From a virus (Duplodnaviria; Caudoviricetes), in the IMG/VR virus record IMGVR_UViG_2731957753_000001, positions 12,324 to 76,323 of that record: a stretch of DNA of 64,000 bases. One strand, 5' to 3'. Under the pieces are notes generated by a model. That model did no database searches. It had not been told where the DNA came from and was given only the letters and a program-made list of their open reading frames with translations. Each line of letters starts with the position of its first letter. Positions within the stretch are counted from its first letter, which is position 1. Of this stretch, positions 17,721 to 27,174 are shown piece after piece. The translations under genes and the position numbers were made by a program.

Positions 17721-20700
17721 TTAACCGGTGTATGGGATTGCCCGCAGGTCCGCCATCTGGTTCAGTTTCCGGAACGCGTCAGCATCGTTCTTGACGGTCA
17801 GATTGACTGTCATCGAGTTATCGACGCTGCTGATCTGCGACCCGGACGGATTCGACTGGACCACTTGGTTCGCGGCCCCGACCGCATGCTGTCCAGCCTG
17901 GTAATACCCGGACTGGTTGAGCAACGCTTGCGAGTCGACGCCTGGTGCTTGGGCTTTCGCCTTGTTCCATTCGTCGAACGTTTTCGCGTACGCAGTGACT
18001 TCGGACGGGATCAAATCCCGCGGATCCGGCAGCCCCAACGGCCCCAAGGTGGAGTCGACAAGCGAGTTGAACCCGGTCGCGAACGCCCCAGACTCGCCGA
18101 AGAACCGATCCATGGTCTTCTTCTTCAGCGAACCGACCGTGTCCACACCCGCAACCGGCGGGCCACCCCAAATGTTGGTGTCCGGGGGTTCGGCGCCACC
18201 GTTGGGCGGCTGGTTCGGGTCGAACGGTGCCGGACCCCGCTGCTCCAGCGTTTTCGCCTGCGGCTTTGCGCCACCGTTGATGGCCTCCAACAGCGGACCC
18301 CACTGGCCGGCCGCGGCAGCATTCACGACGAATTCACCGTTGGACAGCAACGCCCGGATCTTGTCTGCGAGCGGACCACCAGGACCGTTCACCCAGCCAC
18401 CGTTGGCGTATCCGTGGCCGTGTCCCCACTCGGTGGTGAGGTCTGAGCCGTAGGTGTCCCGGTAGTAGTTGAGTGCGGCGACCATGTTCGCCATCGGGTC
18501 GGTGCGGTCGTTCGGCAGGCTGGGGTCACGGTAGGCGGCGAAGGTTCCGGGGATCACCTGAAGCAATCCCTGGGCTTCGTTACCACCACTGTTGACGTCC
18601 TGTACCTGCTGAAGAATCGACGGGTTACCGCCGGATTCGGACTTGATCTGCGCCATCATCGCGTTGACTTGGTTCTCGTCATCCGCGTTGAACCCCGTAC
18701 GCCGCATGGCCTCTTTCGCGAGGTCACGCCAGCGTTCAACATTCCCGGTGGCCTCGTAATCGACGAGACCACCACCGGACCCGCCCAGCTTGGACGAGAT
18801 GAACGAGGTGACAGCGTCGGCCATCTTCCGCGCGAACGCCTTCGGGATCTGCCCGAACTCACCCATACCGGGGAAGTCAGGGACACGATCCACCAAAGCG
18901 TTCAGCGGCTTGCGGACGAGGTTGTCGAGCGCGAAACCACGGCCGGCACCCATCGCGGACCCGAGAGCGTTCTTCACCCGGTCGAACAGGCCGGCCTTCT
19001 CCTCGTCGGAGAGCTGGGTGAGGAAGTCGTTCGCAGCCCAGTGGACGTGGTCCCTGTGCGCTTCGTTCGTCGCCGAACCAAAATCGAACGGCTTGCCTTC
19101 ATCGAGGTTCGACCACCCGTTGAGCGGCCAGTGAATCAACTCCGCGGACTGCGGATACGTGTCATAGATCCAGCGGGCAATCTCATCCATCGGCCCCGCA
19201 AGGTCGATAGCCTTGCCCTGCATGTGCAGGTCGTAGCCCGAGCCGACATCCACGAAGCGTTGCCCCGAAGTGAGGATCGCACCCGGAATCGCAGACGACA
19301 CCAGATCCCACAAATGCTGCTGAATCGGCTGCAACGGATCCGACGTGGCGACAATGCCGCCGTCCGCATAACCCGGCAGAGGGCCGTCAGCCTTCGACTG
19401 CTTCCCGCCCGTACCGAGCACGCCTTTACGCATGCGGTACATGGCGTCATGGCCGCCAGCCGCAGCAACCTCATCCGCAGTCCACACATGCTCGCCGGCC
19501 GACAACCGGTACAGTCCGGCTTTGTCTTCCTTCGGGCCACCAGGACCACGCACCGGACCACCAGGGCCACCCATCCAACGGGCACCGATCGGGGTTGCGG
19601 TCGGGTTCTCCTTGCCCATCTGCCCGACAGCCCCGACGTGCCCGAGCGGTTCCCATTTCGGGAGCCCGAGCTTGTCAGCGACCTTGTTCCAGATATCGCC
19701 GAACCCGTTCAGCACATCCACGACGGCATTGATCGGCCCATGGAACTGCGACGGCAGCTTCCCGAGAATCGAACCGAAATTCGAGACCGCGGCGTCGAAG
19801 AACGGGCCCAAGCTGTTGAACCCGTTTTTAAGCTTCTCAAGCGGGCCTTCAGTGCCGAGGATCCCATCGGTGATCTGACCGAGGTTCGTGCTGAACAGGC
19901 CCCAGAAACCCTCACCGTCAGTGAGGCTGGTGCCCATTTCGCCGATGAACGTGCTGATCTTCGTCTTGATGCTCGGCAGCGTCTCGTCGCCGAGGACACC
20001 GCCGAACTCGGTCGCCGAAGTCAGGACACTCTTGAACCCATTGGCGGCCTTGTTCTTGAAATCAACCCAAGTCTTGGCGCCCCATGTGCCGACCTTCGCG
20101 GACTGTTGCGGAAGCCATTCGTCGGTGAAACTAGTCCAAAGCTCCTTGGCCTCGTTGAACCCGAGCTTGCCGAGGAAGACGGGAGGGGACGGCGCCAGCA
20201 GCCCGCCACCGATGTCTTTAGCCCGGTCCCAACCAGTCTTCTGGGAGCCGTCTTCATTGGTGTCTTCGGTGAACCCTCCAACGACCTTCGCGAACGGGTT
20301 CCCTTCCATCGCCCCGTTGAGCCAGTCGGCCAGTTCGACAGCCTTCGTCAGCAGGGTCGTGATCGAGTTGACGGTGTCGCGGACGTCTTTGAAGAAGTCC
20401 TTGATCTTCTGCTGCCCCTCCTCCGAGGAGAGGAAGTCGTTCCAGCGGTCCAGGGTTTGCGTGATCGAGTCGAGCCAGCCCTCACCGGTCTCATCGCTGC
20501 CGCGGAAGATATTGCGGACCAGGTCGATAAGACGGGTGCCGATGCCCCAGATCTTCCCGAACGCGTCCAGCGACTCCCGCAAGAAGTCACGGAACTTCTG
20601 CTGCCCCTCCGGCGACTCGGCCCACTCCCGGAACTTCTGTGCGAAATCAGCGAACCCACCCGACAGGCCGGGCAGGAACTCGGATCCGACCTGAGACAGA

Positions 20701-22745
20701 GACAAGAAGCCCTGGAGGACATCGTTGATGCCGTCGATCAGCGGACCGACAGACTTAGTGGTGTTATCGAAGATCACGGACAGCTTGCCGCGGGTGGCCT
20801 CAGTGTTCAGATCGGCCAAGGCCCGCCGCAAACCCTCATTGATCTGCGTAGCGATCCCACCCAAACCGGTTTTCAGTGTCGGCAGGTAGGCGTAGGCGAG
20901 ATCTGACACCGACTGCCCGAGACGATCGAACAGAGCGTCTTGCAGTTCGTTTTTCAGGCCCTTGTATGCGTCTTTGACATCAAGGAGCTTCCGCACGAAA
21001 TCCTGAGCGTTCGGCGACAGCTTCGCCATCGCCTCGTCGAAAGCCTTAGCAGCAGTGCTGCCCTCATTCATGGCTTCAGTGACCGCGACCTGCGCTTCAG
21101 CAAGCGTGGCGTGGGCGTCCGCGAGACGTTCCTGAGCATCAATCTCGCCCTGCGCAGCGTCCGCTACAGCTTCCTTCGCAGCAACAACCTGGTCGCTGCC
21201 TTCGACACCCTTCGTGTTCGCGTCCGCTACCTTGTCGGCGAGCCGCTGGTTGTCAATGAGAAGGTCCGACTGGTCCGCCAACGCCTGGTTATACGAGTTG
21301 ACTGCACGAGCGCGGTCGATCGCGTCCGATTCCGGGTCGCTGAACGTCTGCAACATCTCCCGATGCGCTTCCGCTACAGCGATCGCGGCAGCCTGCTCTG
21401 TGAGCACGGTCCGACCCAATGCCCGGTTGAGGTCGTCGATCTCGTCTTTCGCGTCCTTACGGGCCCTGTTCAGGCCCTTCTGCGCACGCTCGGACGCCTT
21501 CTGCGCTGTGACAACACCACGCTCAGCCGACGCGACACCCTTAACCGCGGACGCGACCTGCTTCTGCGCAGCAGCGACAGCCTTACCGCGAGCCTCCATA
21601 TCGGAGCCTGCGGAATCGGATGCCTTCTTCGCTGCTTCGAACGCGTCATTAACCCCAGACAGGCCGATCTTCACCGCGGCGAATACGGACACGGCTCCGG
21701 CCAGGGCGGCCGGGAACAGCCCGAGCACGCCCGCGGCCTGTGCGAGCTGACCGATCAACGGCACCAGTGACACTGCGGCAAGAGCTATGAGTCCGACGAG
21801 GGCGACATTCACGATGTTGCTGAAGTTGAACATGTTCGCGGCGGCGGAACCGATGGCGCTGACGAGCCCGCGCATGCCTACGCCTGCGAGCCCAAAGAAC
21901 CCATTGCGGTCGTTGCGGGCGCCGTCGAGGCGCCGGCGGGCGTTGTGTTCGTCGTCCATCAGGGACAGCACGCGGCCCTGTGCGTCTGCCTGAGCGTTCC
22001 GGGCGCGGGTGAGTGCCTGTGTGGCGGCGAGACGCTGGGAGTCGGTCGCGGACGATCGCGCCATCACTTCGGCGTGCCGCTGCTCTGCGAGCGCCAACCG
22101 GTCCGTAGCAGTCGTCTGCTGGTTTCGGGCCTGCGAAAGGCGAGCCGCGACCGAAGCCACCTCAGCCTCAGCGCGCGCAACGGATGCCCGGTCGATCTCG
22201 ATCTGCATGCGGATCGCCCGCACGGGGCGCGTGAAAATACCGCCGGTCAGACGACGTTGGGTTGCGGGACTGAGCACAGAGCGCGCGTTCAACCCGTTGA
22301 CCTGATTCGTCACGGTAGACGCGAGGGACCGCAACGCCATCAACTGTGCGACGGCGGCCGTGGTGTCCACGTTGACATTCAGGGCGAGGGGCTGCGCTGC
22401 GACCTGCGTCCGGAACGCCTGCATCTGGGAGATCGCGCGTGTCAGGTCGAGGTCGACACCGAGGCGAGCGTTCGGCATGTTCGCGGTCGCTGCACGAACT
22501 TGGGAGCGGACGCGTGATGCGTCAACAGTGACGCCGACCCTCGCGTTCACTCCCTGCGAGGCGGCGCGGACCATGTTCCGGAGTTCGGTGCGGAATCGGG
22601 GGGCCAACTGGGGGCGGACCTGGACACGGATTGATTCGTTGATCGGCTGCAAGAGCGCGCGGACTTGAGACTTAAAACCGGTCGCTAGCTGCGGTTTTAA
22701 TGAAATTCGAGCGCTGCCGGCATGGAAGGCGGGCCAGTTAGCCAT
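17721..22745 (-). CDS. Tape measure protein with C-terminal peptidoglycan-hydrolase domains
   Basis: 1674 aa, Ala-rich coiled repeats, TM segments; SLT-like 'IKSESGGNP...GLLQVIPGTF'; Zn-peptidase-like 'HMQGKAID...HRDHVH'. Confidence 0.95.
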   Translation of the reverse strand: MANWPAFHAGSARISLKPQLATGFKSQVRALLQPINESIRVQVRPQLAPRFRTELRNMVRAASQGVNARVGVTVDASRVRSQVRAATANMPNARLGVDLDLTRAISQMQAFRTQVAAQPLALNVNVDTTAAVAQLMALRSLASTVTNQVNGLNARSVLSPATQRRLTGGIFTRPVRAIRMQIEIDRASVARAEAEVASVAARLSQARNQQTTATDRLALAEQRHAEVMARSSATDSQRLAATQALTRARNAQADAQGRVLSLMDDEHNARRRLDGARNDRNGFFGLAGVGMRGLVSAIGSAAANMFNFSNIVNVALVGLIALAAVSLVPLIGQLAQAAGVLGLFPAALAGAVSVFAAVKIGLSGVNDAFEAAKKASDSAGSDMEARGKAVAAAQKQVASAVKGVASAERGVVTAQKASERAQKGLNRARKDAKDEIDDLNRALGRTVLTEQAAAIAVAEAHREMLQTFSDPESDAIDRARAVNSYNQALADQSDLLIDNQRLADKVADANTKGVEGSDQVVAAKEAVADAAQGEIDAQERLADAHATLAEAQVAVTEAMNEGSTAAKAFDEAMAKLSPNAQDFVRKLLDVKDAYKGLKNELQDALFDRLGQSVSDLAYAYLPTLKTGLGGIATQINEGLRRALADLNTEATRGKLSVIFDNTTKSVGPLIDGINDVLQGFLSLSQVGSEFLPGLSGGFADFAQKFREWAESPEGQQKFRDFLRESLDAFGKIWGIGTRLIDLVRNIFRGSDETGEGWLDSITQTLDRWNDFLSSEEGQQKIKDFFKDVRDTVNSITTLLTKAVELADWLNGAMEGNPFAKVVGGFTEDTNEDGSQKTGWDRAKDIGGGLLAPSPPVFLGKLGFNEAKELWTSFTDEWLPQQSAKVGTWGAKTWVDFKNKAANGFKSVLTSATEFGGVLGDETLPSIKTKISTFIGEMGTSLTDGEGFWGLFSTNLGQITDGILGTEGPLEKLKNGFNSLGPFFDAAVSNFGSILGKLPSQFHGPINAVVDVLNGFGDIWNKVADKLGLPKWEPLGHVGAVGQMGKENPTATPIGARWMGGPGGPVRGPGGPKEDKAGLYRLSAGEHVWTADEVAAAGGHDAMYRMRKGVLGTGGKQSKADGPLPGYADGGIVATSDPLQPIQQHLWDLVSSAIPGAILTSGQRFVDVGSGYDLHMQGKAIDLAGPMDEIARWIYDTYPQSAELIHWPLNGWSNLDEGKPFDFGSATNEAHRDHVHWAANDFLTQLSDEEKAGLFDRVKNALGSAMGAGRGFALDNLVRKPLNALVDRVPDFPGMGEFGQIPKAFARKMADAVTSFISSKLGGSGGGLVDYEATGNVERWRDLAKEAMRRTGFNADDENQVNAMMAQIKSESGGNPSILQQVQDVNSGGNEAQGLLQVIPGTFAAYRDPSLPNDRTDPMANMVAALNYYRDTYGSDLTTEWGHGHGYANGGWVNGPGGPLADKIRALLSNGEFVVNAAAAGQWGPLLEAINGGAKPQAKTLEQRGPAPFDPNQPPNGGAEPPDTNIWGGPPVAGVDTVGSLKKKTMDRFFGESGAFATGFNSLVDSTLGPLGLPDPRDLIPSEVTAYAKTFDEWNKAKAQAPGVDSQALLNQSGYYQAGQHAVGAANQVVQSNPSGSQISSVDNSMTVNLTVKNDADAFRKLNQMADLRAIPYTG

Positions 22746-22851
22746 AGTCGGCCTCCGTATTCCAGCGCTATACGCTGCGTTTATGCCCTCATTGGGGTGT
22801 TCGGGGACCGCGCCCGCACGTTTGGGGGCTGCGTGTCTGACACGTGAATGG

Positions 22852-22883
22852 TTGACTGCACCGTGGTGTAGCGTTTACGCTAC
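22852..22883 (+). promoter_or_regulatory. Promoter with palindromic operator for the inserted cassette
   Basis: TTGACT-N18-TACGCT; GTAGCGT-TT-ACGCTAC at 22868-22883. Confidence 0.65.
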
Positions 22884-22948
22884 GGTGTAATATCGGAGCA
22901 TCGGGAAGGATCGACCATGGGGCAGCATCTTGCGAGCAGGTTCCTGGG

Positions 22949-23209
22949 ATGATCGACACCATGGCACTGACGAAGGAAGAGGCAGAGCGCTTGCTCAGGG
23001 AGGTCAAGGCGACATCCGACCGGTCGCGCGACGCGAAAGAAGAGGCCAACCGGATAGTTAGAGAGGCCGCCGAGGCGAGAGGGAACGCAGTCCAGGCCGC
23101 ACTAGACGCGGGCCTACCTCGCGAGTTGATCGCAGTATCGGCAGGCGTTCACAGGAACCTGCTCTACCGAATTGCCGGGAAAACGTCCCAGCAGAAAAAA
23201 CGCAACTAG
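22949..23209 (+). CDS. Small HTH regulator
   Basis: 'AALDAGLPRELIAVSAGVHRNLLYRI'; paralog of 60864..61103. Confidence 0.75.
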   Translation: MIDTMALTKEEAERLLREVKATSDRSRDAKEEANRIVREAAEARGNAVQAALDAGLPRELIAVSAGVHRNLLYRIAGKTSQQKKRN

Positions 23210-23280
23210 TACTGGTTGCATCGACGTCAAGCCGTAGTGTACAGTCGAGTTTGCAACCAGTACTGGTTGCAAACTCGACT
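23202..23280. repeat. 38-bp perfect palindrome (23243-23280) plus a 1-mismatch copy of its 18-bp core (23202-23219)
   Basis: AGTCGAGTTTGCAACCAGT|ACTGGTTGCAAACTCGACT; the two copies flank TTGCAT-N18-TACAGT. Confidence 0.9.
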
Positions 23281-23348
23281 AAACCTCGTTATGGCCTCCG
23301 TACCCGCCAAAGTCCGGGAAGCCATACTTAACCGAATGGAGATTCGGC

Positions 23349-24161
23349 GTGCCTCAGGGTACCAACTTTTCCCCCGTCCACGTCAACGCACAGGGCGGAG
23401 GTGATGCAAACAACTCCCCGTTCGACGCGATCAGGCGCGTCCGCCCGGACGGCTCCGAATACTGGTCGGCGCGTGACCTCATGCCGTTGCTCGGCTACGA
23501 CCGGTGGGACCGAGTCCCCGAAGTTCTCGATCGCGCCAAAGCATCCGCGCAAGCAAGCGGGCAAGACGTGGCGAACCTTTTCCGACCCTCCTCGGAAAAG
23601 TCAGGTGGACGGCCGCGCAGCAACTACGAGCTGTCTCGGGTCGCCTGCTACCTCGTGGCTATGAACGGCGATCCGAGAAAGCCGGAGGTCGCGGCGGCCC
23701 AGGCGTACTTCGCGATCCGCACTCGTCAGGCCGAGGTTGTCGAGGCTCACGTTCTCGATACCCGCGCCCGCGCCCAGATCGAACTGGCGAAGGGGCGCAT
23801 GGAGTTGATCCGCCTCGCTGATGGGCTCATCGATCCGAAGCATCTCGACGTCAAGGCCCGTGTTGTGCTGGCTCACGGCCTGGGGGAGACTCCCGAGATC
23901 GAGGCCACCAGTATGCCGCTCTATGTGCAGACCTTCCTGCACGAAAAGGTAAAGTCGGCGAAGCGCGTCAAGCAGCTCAATCGGCCGTTTGGTTCGGCCG
24001 TGAAGGATGCCTACATCCTGAAGTACGGAACCGAGCCGAAGAAGTACCCGCTCGATATCGGGAACGGCCAGGTTCGCCCCGCCAACGCCTACACGGAAGC
24101 GGATCGACACCTGATGGAAGAGATCTGGACTGCGCGTTTCGCAGGCGAGGAGGCGGCGTGA
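23349..24161 (+). CDS. Antirepressor-like protein (DinD/BRO-type N-terminus)
   Basis: 'SPFDAIRRVRPDGSEYWSARDLMPLLGY...YLVAMNGDPRKPEVAAAQAYFA'. Confidence 0.8.
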   Translation: MPQGTNFSPVHVNAQGGGDANNSPFDAIRRVRPDGSEYWSARDLMPLLGYDRWDRVPEVLDRAKASAQASGQDVANLFRPSSEKSGGRPRSNYELSRVACYLVAMNGDPRKPEVAAAQAYFAIRTRQAEVVEAHVLDTRARAQIELAKGRMELIRLADGLIDPKHLDVKARVVLAHGLGETPEIEATSMPLYVQTFLHEKVKSAKRVKQLNRPFGSAVKDAYILKYGTEPKKYPLDIGNGQVRPANAYTEADRHLMEEIWTARFAGEEAA

Positions 24162-24604
24162 CGAACGCGGATAATCCGAATTACACGTCGCTCGACGCGC
24201 TCAAGTACCTCGCACGCGAGGTCATCAACACCATCGAGTGGACGTTGGACAGCCTCTCAGGGAATGGCGTCAGCGAAGACGACCACTACGAGATCGAAGC
24301 ACTCTGGGGCTTGGCCGAGCAAACCAGCGAACTGCTGGGGCCGCTCGTCGAGGACTGGAACCACTACAGCGACGGCCGAGAAATATCCTCCCAAGTCGAG
24401 ATCGAGTACGGCCACGTATACGAACACCGCTGGCACCCCGACCCGACCGTCGACAAGCCGAGTGTTTCGACCGGGCGCCTGCTGGCGGACCCGGGCGAGG
24501 ACAACGGAACCTATGAGGTCCGTATCGTCCCGCCGCAGTCTGTGACCGTGCACAGGTTCCCGAAGGGGCCGGGGAACGTGGTCCCGCTCCGCCGACTGGA
24601 GTAG
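24158..24604 (+). CDS. Hypothetical acidic protein
   Basis: GTGA overlap with the antirepressor gene. Confidence 0.7.
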   Translation: MTNADNPNYTSLDALKYLAREVINTIEWTLDSLSGNGVSEDDHYEIEALWGLAEQTSELLGPLVEDWNHYSDGREISSQVEIEYGHVYEHRWHPDPTVDKPSVSTGRLLADPGEDNGTYEVRIVPPQSVTVHRFPKGPGNVVPLRRLE

Positions 24605-24670
24605 ACCTCACCGTTCCCCGGCAACCGTTGCCTTGGGAGCAACAGTTGCCCCTCCTCTAGGCCCCGCGCA

Positions 24671-25057
24671 ATGGGCCGTGCTCGTCGCGCGGGGCTTTCT
24701 CATACCCTCAGGAGCTTTGTCGTGCCCGAATCCATGCAGCACATCGACAGTTTCCATACCGCGCTCGGCATCCACCTCGAACCACCCGAAGGCGTCGGCC
24801 GATTCTGGGCAATCCCCGGAACCGCCATGTTCGAGGAAATCGGGAGCCTCCGCGTCTACCTCGACGGCACCACCCGCATCCTCCCGCGCAAGCGGGTCGC
24901 GGGTCTCGGACATATCGAAGCCTTGCGCAGCGCAGCAACACACGCCCTGTACGGGCCCGCCGTCACCATGTACGGCACCTGGGCGCAAACCCTCCACCCG
25001 GACGGCGAACTCCACTACGTCGAAACCGCCATCTCGGTACCACGCGGCCCACGCTGA
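24671..25057 (+). CDS. Hypothetical protein (true start possibly MQHIDSF at ~24734)
   Basis: ORF ends just before the terminator. Confidence 0.6.
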   Translation: MGRARRAGLSHTLRSFVVPESMQHIDSFHTALGIHLEPPEGVGRFWAIPGTAMFEEIGSLRVYLDGTTRILPRKRVAGLGHIEALRSAATHALYGPAVTMYGTWAQTLHPDGELHYVETAISVPRGPR

Positions 25058-25062
25058 ACACT

Positions 25063-25099
25063 CGAAAGGGCCCGGACCACACAGGTTCGGGCCCTTTCG
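25063..25099. terminator. Bidirectional terminator
   Basis: CGAAAGGGCCC...GGGCCCTTTCG between convergent genes. Confidence 0.8.
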
Positions 25100-25104
25100 T
25101 CACG

Positions 25105-25509
25105 TTACGCCTGAGGCGGCTTGCGGTACTCCGTCCACATCTCGCCATCAAACCAACGCAGTTGCCCTTGTTGGTCCGGATACCAACCAGGCGGCGGCAA
25201 AGTCATGGAAGGCGGAGGAAGCTGCCAACCATGCGCTTGCGGTCTGCCACTCTTCCGCACAAGGGCGAGAATCACGGCGAACAGCAGCACGAACGGCAAC
25301 GCCAGGAACAGCAGCAGCGTGATCGCGCCACCGCTCAAACCCATCGACGACAGCACCCAGCATGTCAACAAGAACCCGAACAGCAGCATCAGCGGCGTAA
25401 ACCACCACTGGGCACCGAACCAGTTCAACGACCATCGCGGGTGCGGGGCTGGGAATCCGGGCGGTATCGGTGGACGACGCCCGTAAGGTCCGGTAGGTGG
25501 CTGGTTCAT
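25105..25509 (-). CDS. DUF2510-type membrane protein
   Basis: 2 TM segments; 'PPPGWYPDQQGQLRWFDGEMWT'. Confidence 0.8.
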   Translation of the reverse strand: MNQPPTGPYGRRPPIPPGFPAPHPRWSLNWFGAQWWFTPLMLLFGFLLTCWVLSSMGLSGGAITLLLFLALPFVLLFAVILALVRKSGRPQAHGWQLPPPSMTLPPPGWYPDQQGQLRWFDGEMWTEYRKPPQA

Positions 25510-25913
25510 TCGGGGCCTCGCCGGAATTCGGTCCACGCCTGCCCGTCAAACCAGCGGATCACGCCCTCCGCGTCCGGGTACCAGCCCGCCGGCGGAAGCT
25601 GCGTAGTCGGGGGCGACACCACCACAGGCGGCGGCCGCTTGTTCCCCACCCGAATCAGAGCGCGAATAATGAGGACGAGCAGCACTAACCCGGTTACCGG
25701 GAGTGCAAGGACAGCTAAGGCGCCCAGACTGATGCTGTCCCAGAGGATCGCGGCGATCACTGCGCCGATCCCGACGAGAACGACAGGCGTCCAGCGTTCG
25801 GCATTCGTCTTCTGGCCACCGCTGCCGTAGACGAGCCAATTGCCGATGGATCTTCGCGGTAGTTCGACGCCAGGCCGCGGCAGGTACTGGTCGTCGCTGT
25901 TCGGATCGGTCAT
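25506..25913 (-). CDS. DUF2510-type membrane protein (paralog)
   Basis: 2 TM segments; 'PPAGWYPDAEGVIRWFDGQAWT'. Confidence 0.8.
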   Translation of the reverse strand: MTDPNSDDQYLPRPGVELPRRSIGNWLVYGSGGQKTNAERWTPVVLVGIGAVIAAILWDSISLGALAVLALPVTGLVLLVLIIRALIRVGNKRPPPVVVSPPTTQLPPAGWYPDAEGVIRWFDGQAWTEFRRGPE

Positions 25914-25993
25914 GGTGTCCCCTGCTGGGTGAAGGATGTCACCCGAGGATCGGATACCACGCTCAAGGCGTTACCGGAGGGTGTAGGAGAAGC

Positions 25994-26814
25994 CTAACCC
26001 TGCGATGCAACCCCAAGAATCAGATCCACCGCGTTCTTCACGTTCAGGGTTTCCAGCTCGTCCCGGATCCGCTCTTCAGCGGTTTGCGGGCGCGGTTCCG
26101 GTCGGATCGGCGGCGGCAGCTTGCCAGAGAACACGGACGCAGTGACCCGCATCAACTCTTTCAGCAGGTCGATCTGCCGCAGTTGCAGCAGAACCGGGAG
26201 ACTGTACCCGAGCGGCGATATCGGTCCAGCCTTCTCCGGCCTGTCCTGCATCGCCCGCGCATACCCGATCTCCTCATCCATCGCGATCGCCGACTGATAC
26301 CAGCCATGCGGCGGCAACCGTTTCAAAAACCGGAACAGTTGCCCCCACGGACGGACGCCACGAAAGTAGTCGAGGAGATCGACCCGCAAGTGTTCTTGCA
26401 GGTCGTATTCGATTTCCTCCCCGTACTCCTCAATCAGGAATACGAGGTTTACGAACCCCCCGGAACATCACCCGAACCGTTGAAATGGTTGGTGATGTCT
26501 TCCAGCAGCAGGATCAACAGCTCGGCAGGCTTATCCCGCAGAACCTCCCACGCCTCGTCGAACCGGGCACCGAAGAACAAGCCGAAGATACGGCGGATCC
26601 GTGGCGCGTCGAGGTCTTCGAGGTTTTCCATGATGAACCCGACCTCCAGGACGTCCTCCACAGTGCTGGGAGGAAGTACCTCGATCGGCGGCTCAACACC
26701 GTCGAACACGTACGGTTCAACCTTGGCGGTCTTCTCGTTGGCCTCAGCCAGCAGCCGCGCGAAACGCGACTCAGCCTTCGGCTCGATCTTCGGACGGGGG
26801 GCACGTGCAGCCAT
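25994..26814 (-). CDS. Tail assembly chaperone, long form made by -1 frameshift
   Basis: G GGG GGT at 26461-26455; the -1 frame stays open (FVNLVFLIEEYGEEIEYDL...) to 25994. Confidence 0.8.
26449..26814 (-). CDS. Tail assembly chaperone, short form
   Basis: Position after the major tail gene; ends at the slippery site. Confidence 0.85.
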   Translation of the reverse strand: MAARAPRPKIEPKAESRFARLLAEANEKTAKVEPYVFDGVEPPIEVLPPSTVEDVLEVGFIMENLEDLDAPRIRRIFGLFFGARFDEAWEVLRDKPAELLILLLEDITNHFNGSGDVPGGS

Positions 26815-26837
26815 AGCAGTCTCCTGGCAGAGAGTTG

Positions 26838-27074
26838 TTACTTGGAAGTGGTCTTGGGGGCCGGTTCCGGTTTCGGTTCCGGCTTCACCGCGGCAGGCTT
26901 CGACGCCTCCCGAATGAACTCCTGCGCGCTCGGGCTCAACTTCGCCTCAGCGGCCGGCAGTTTCGGGGCGGTCTCGCTGTAGCCCTTCACGCGGAGCTGT
27001 TCACGCTCGACGGCGGACCCGACCAGAGTTTTACGGCCGTCCGGCGCATACATGTAGATAGGTTCAAAAGCCAT
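26838..27074 (-). CDS. Small tail-region protein
   Basis: Starts MAFEPIYMYAPDG; Pro/Lys-rich tail. Confidence 0.6.
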   Translation of the reverse strand: MAFEPIYMYAPDGRKTLVGSAVEREQLRVKGYSETAPKLPAAEAKLSPSAQEFIREASKPAAVKPEPKPEPAPKTTSK

Positions 27075-27174
27075 TCGGGGTCTCCCGGCAAAGAATGACC
27101 TGGCAGTTTGGGAGAGAGTCGCCCCGTGCGCGGCCAGGAAACACGCACGGGGCGACGAACAGGGGCCTGACGAA

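Noticed and set aside
18669-20906. 745-aa plus-strand ORF and other long antisense ORFs
   Set aside because: Shadow frames of GC-rich real genes (TMP, portal, terL); no motifs or RBS
23243-23280. Protelomerase telRL site of a linear plasmid-prophage
   Set aside because: No protelomerase or partition genes in the window, and the phage has int/attP; kept only as a palindrome finding
23200-23350. LexA SOS box controlling the antirepressor
   Set aside because: No TCGAAC-N4-GTTCGA-like site seen here or upstream of 61801
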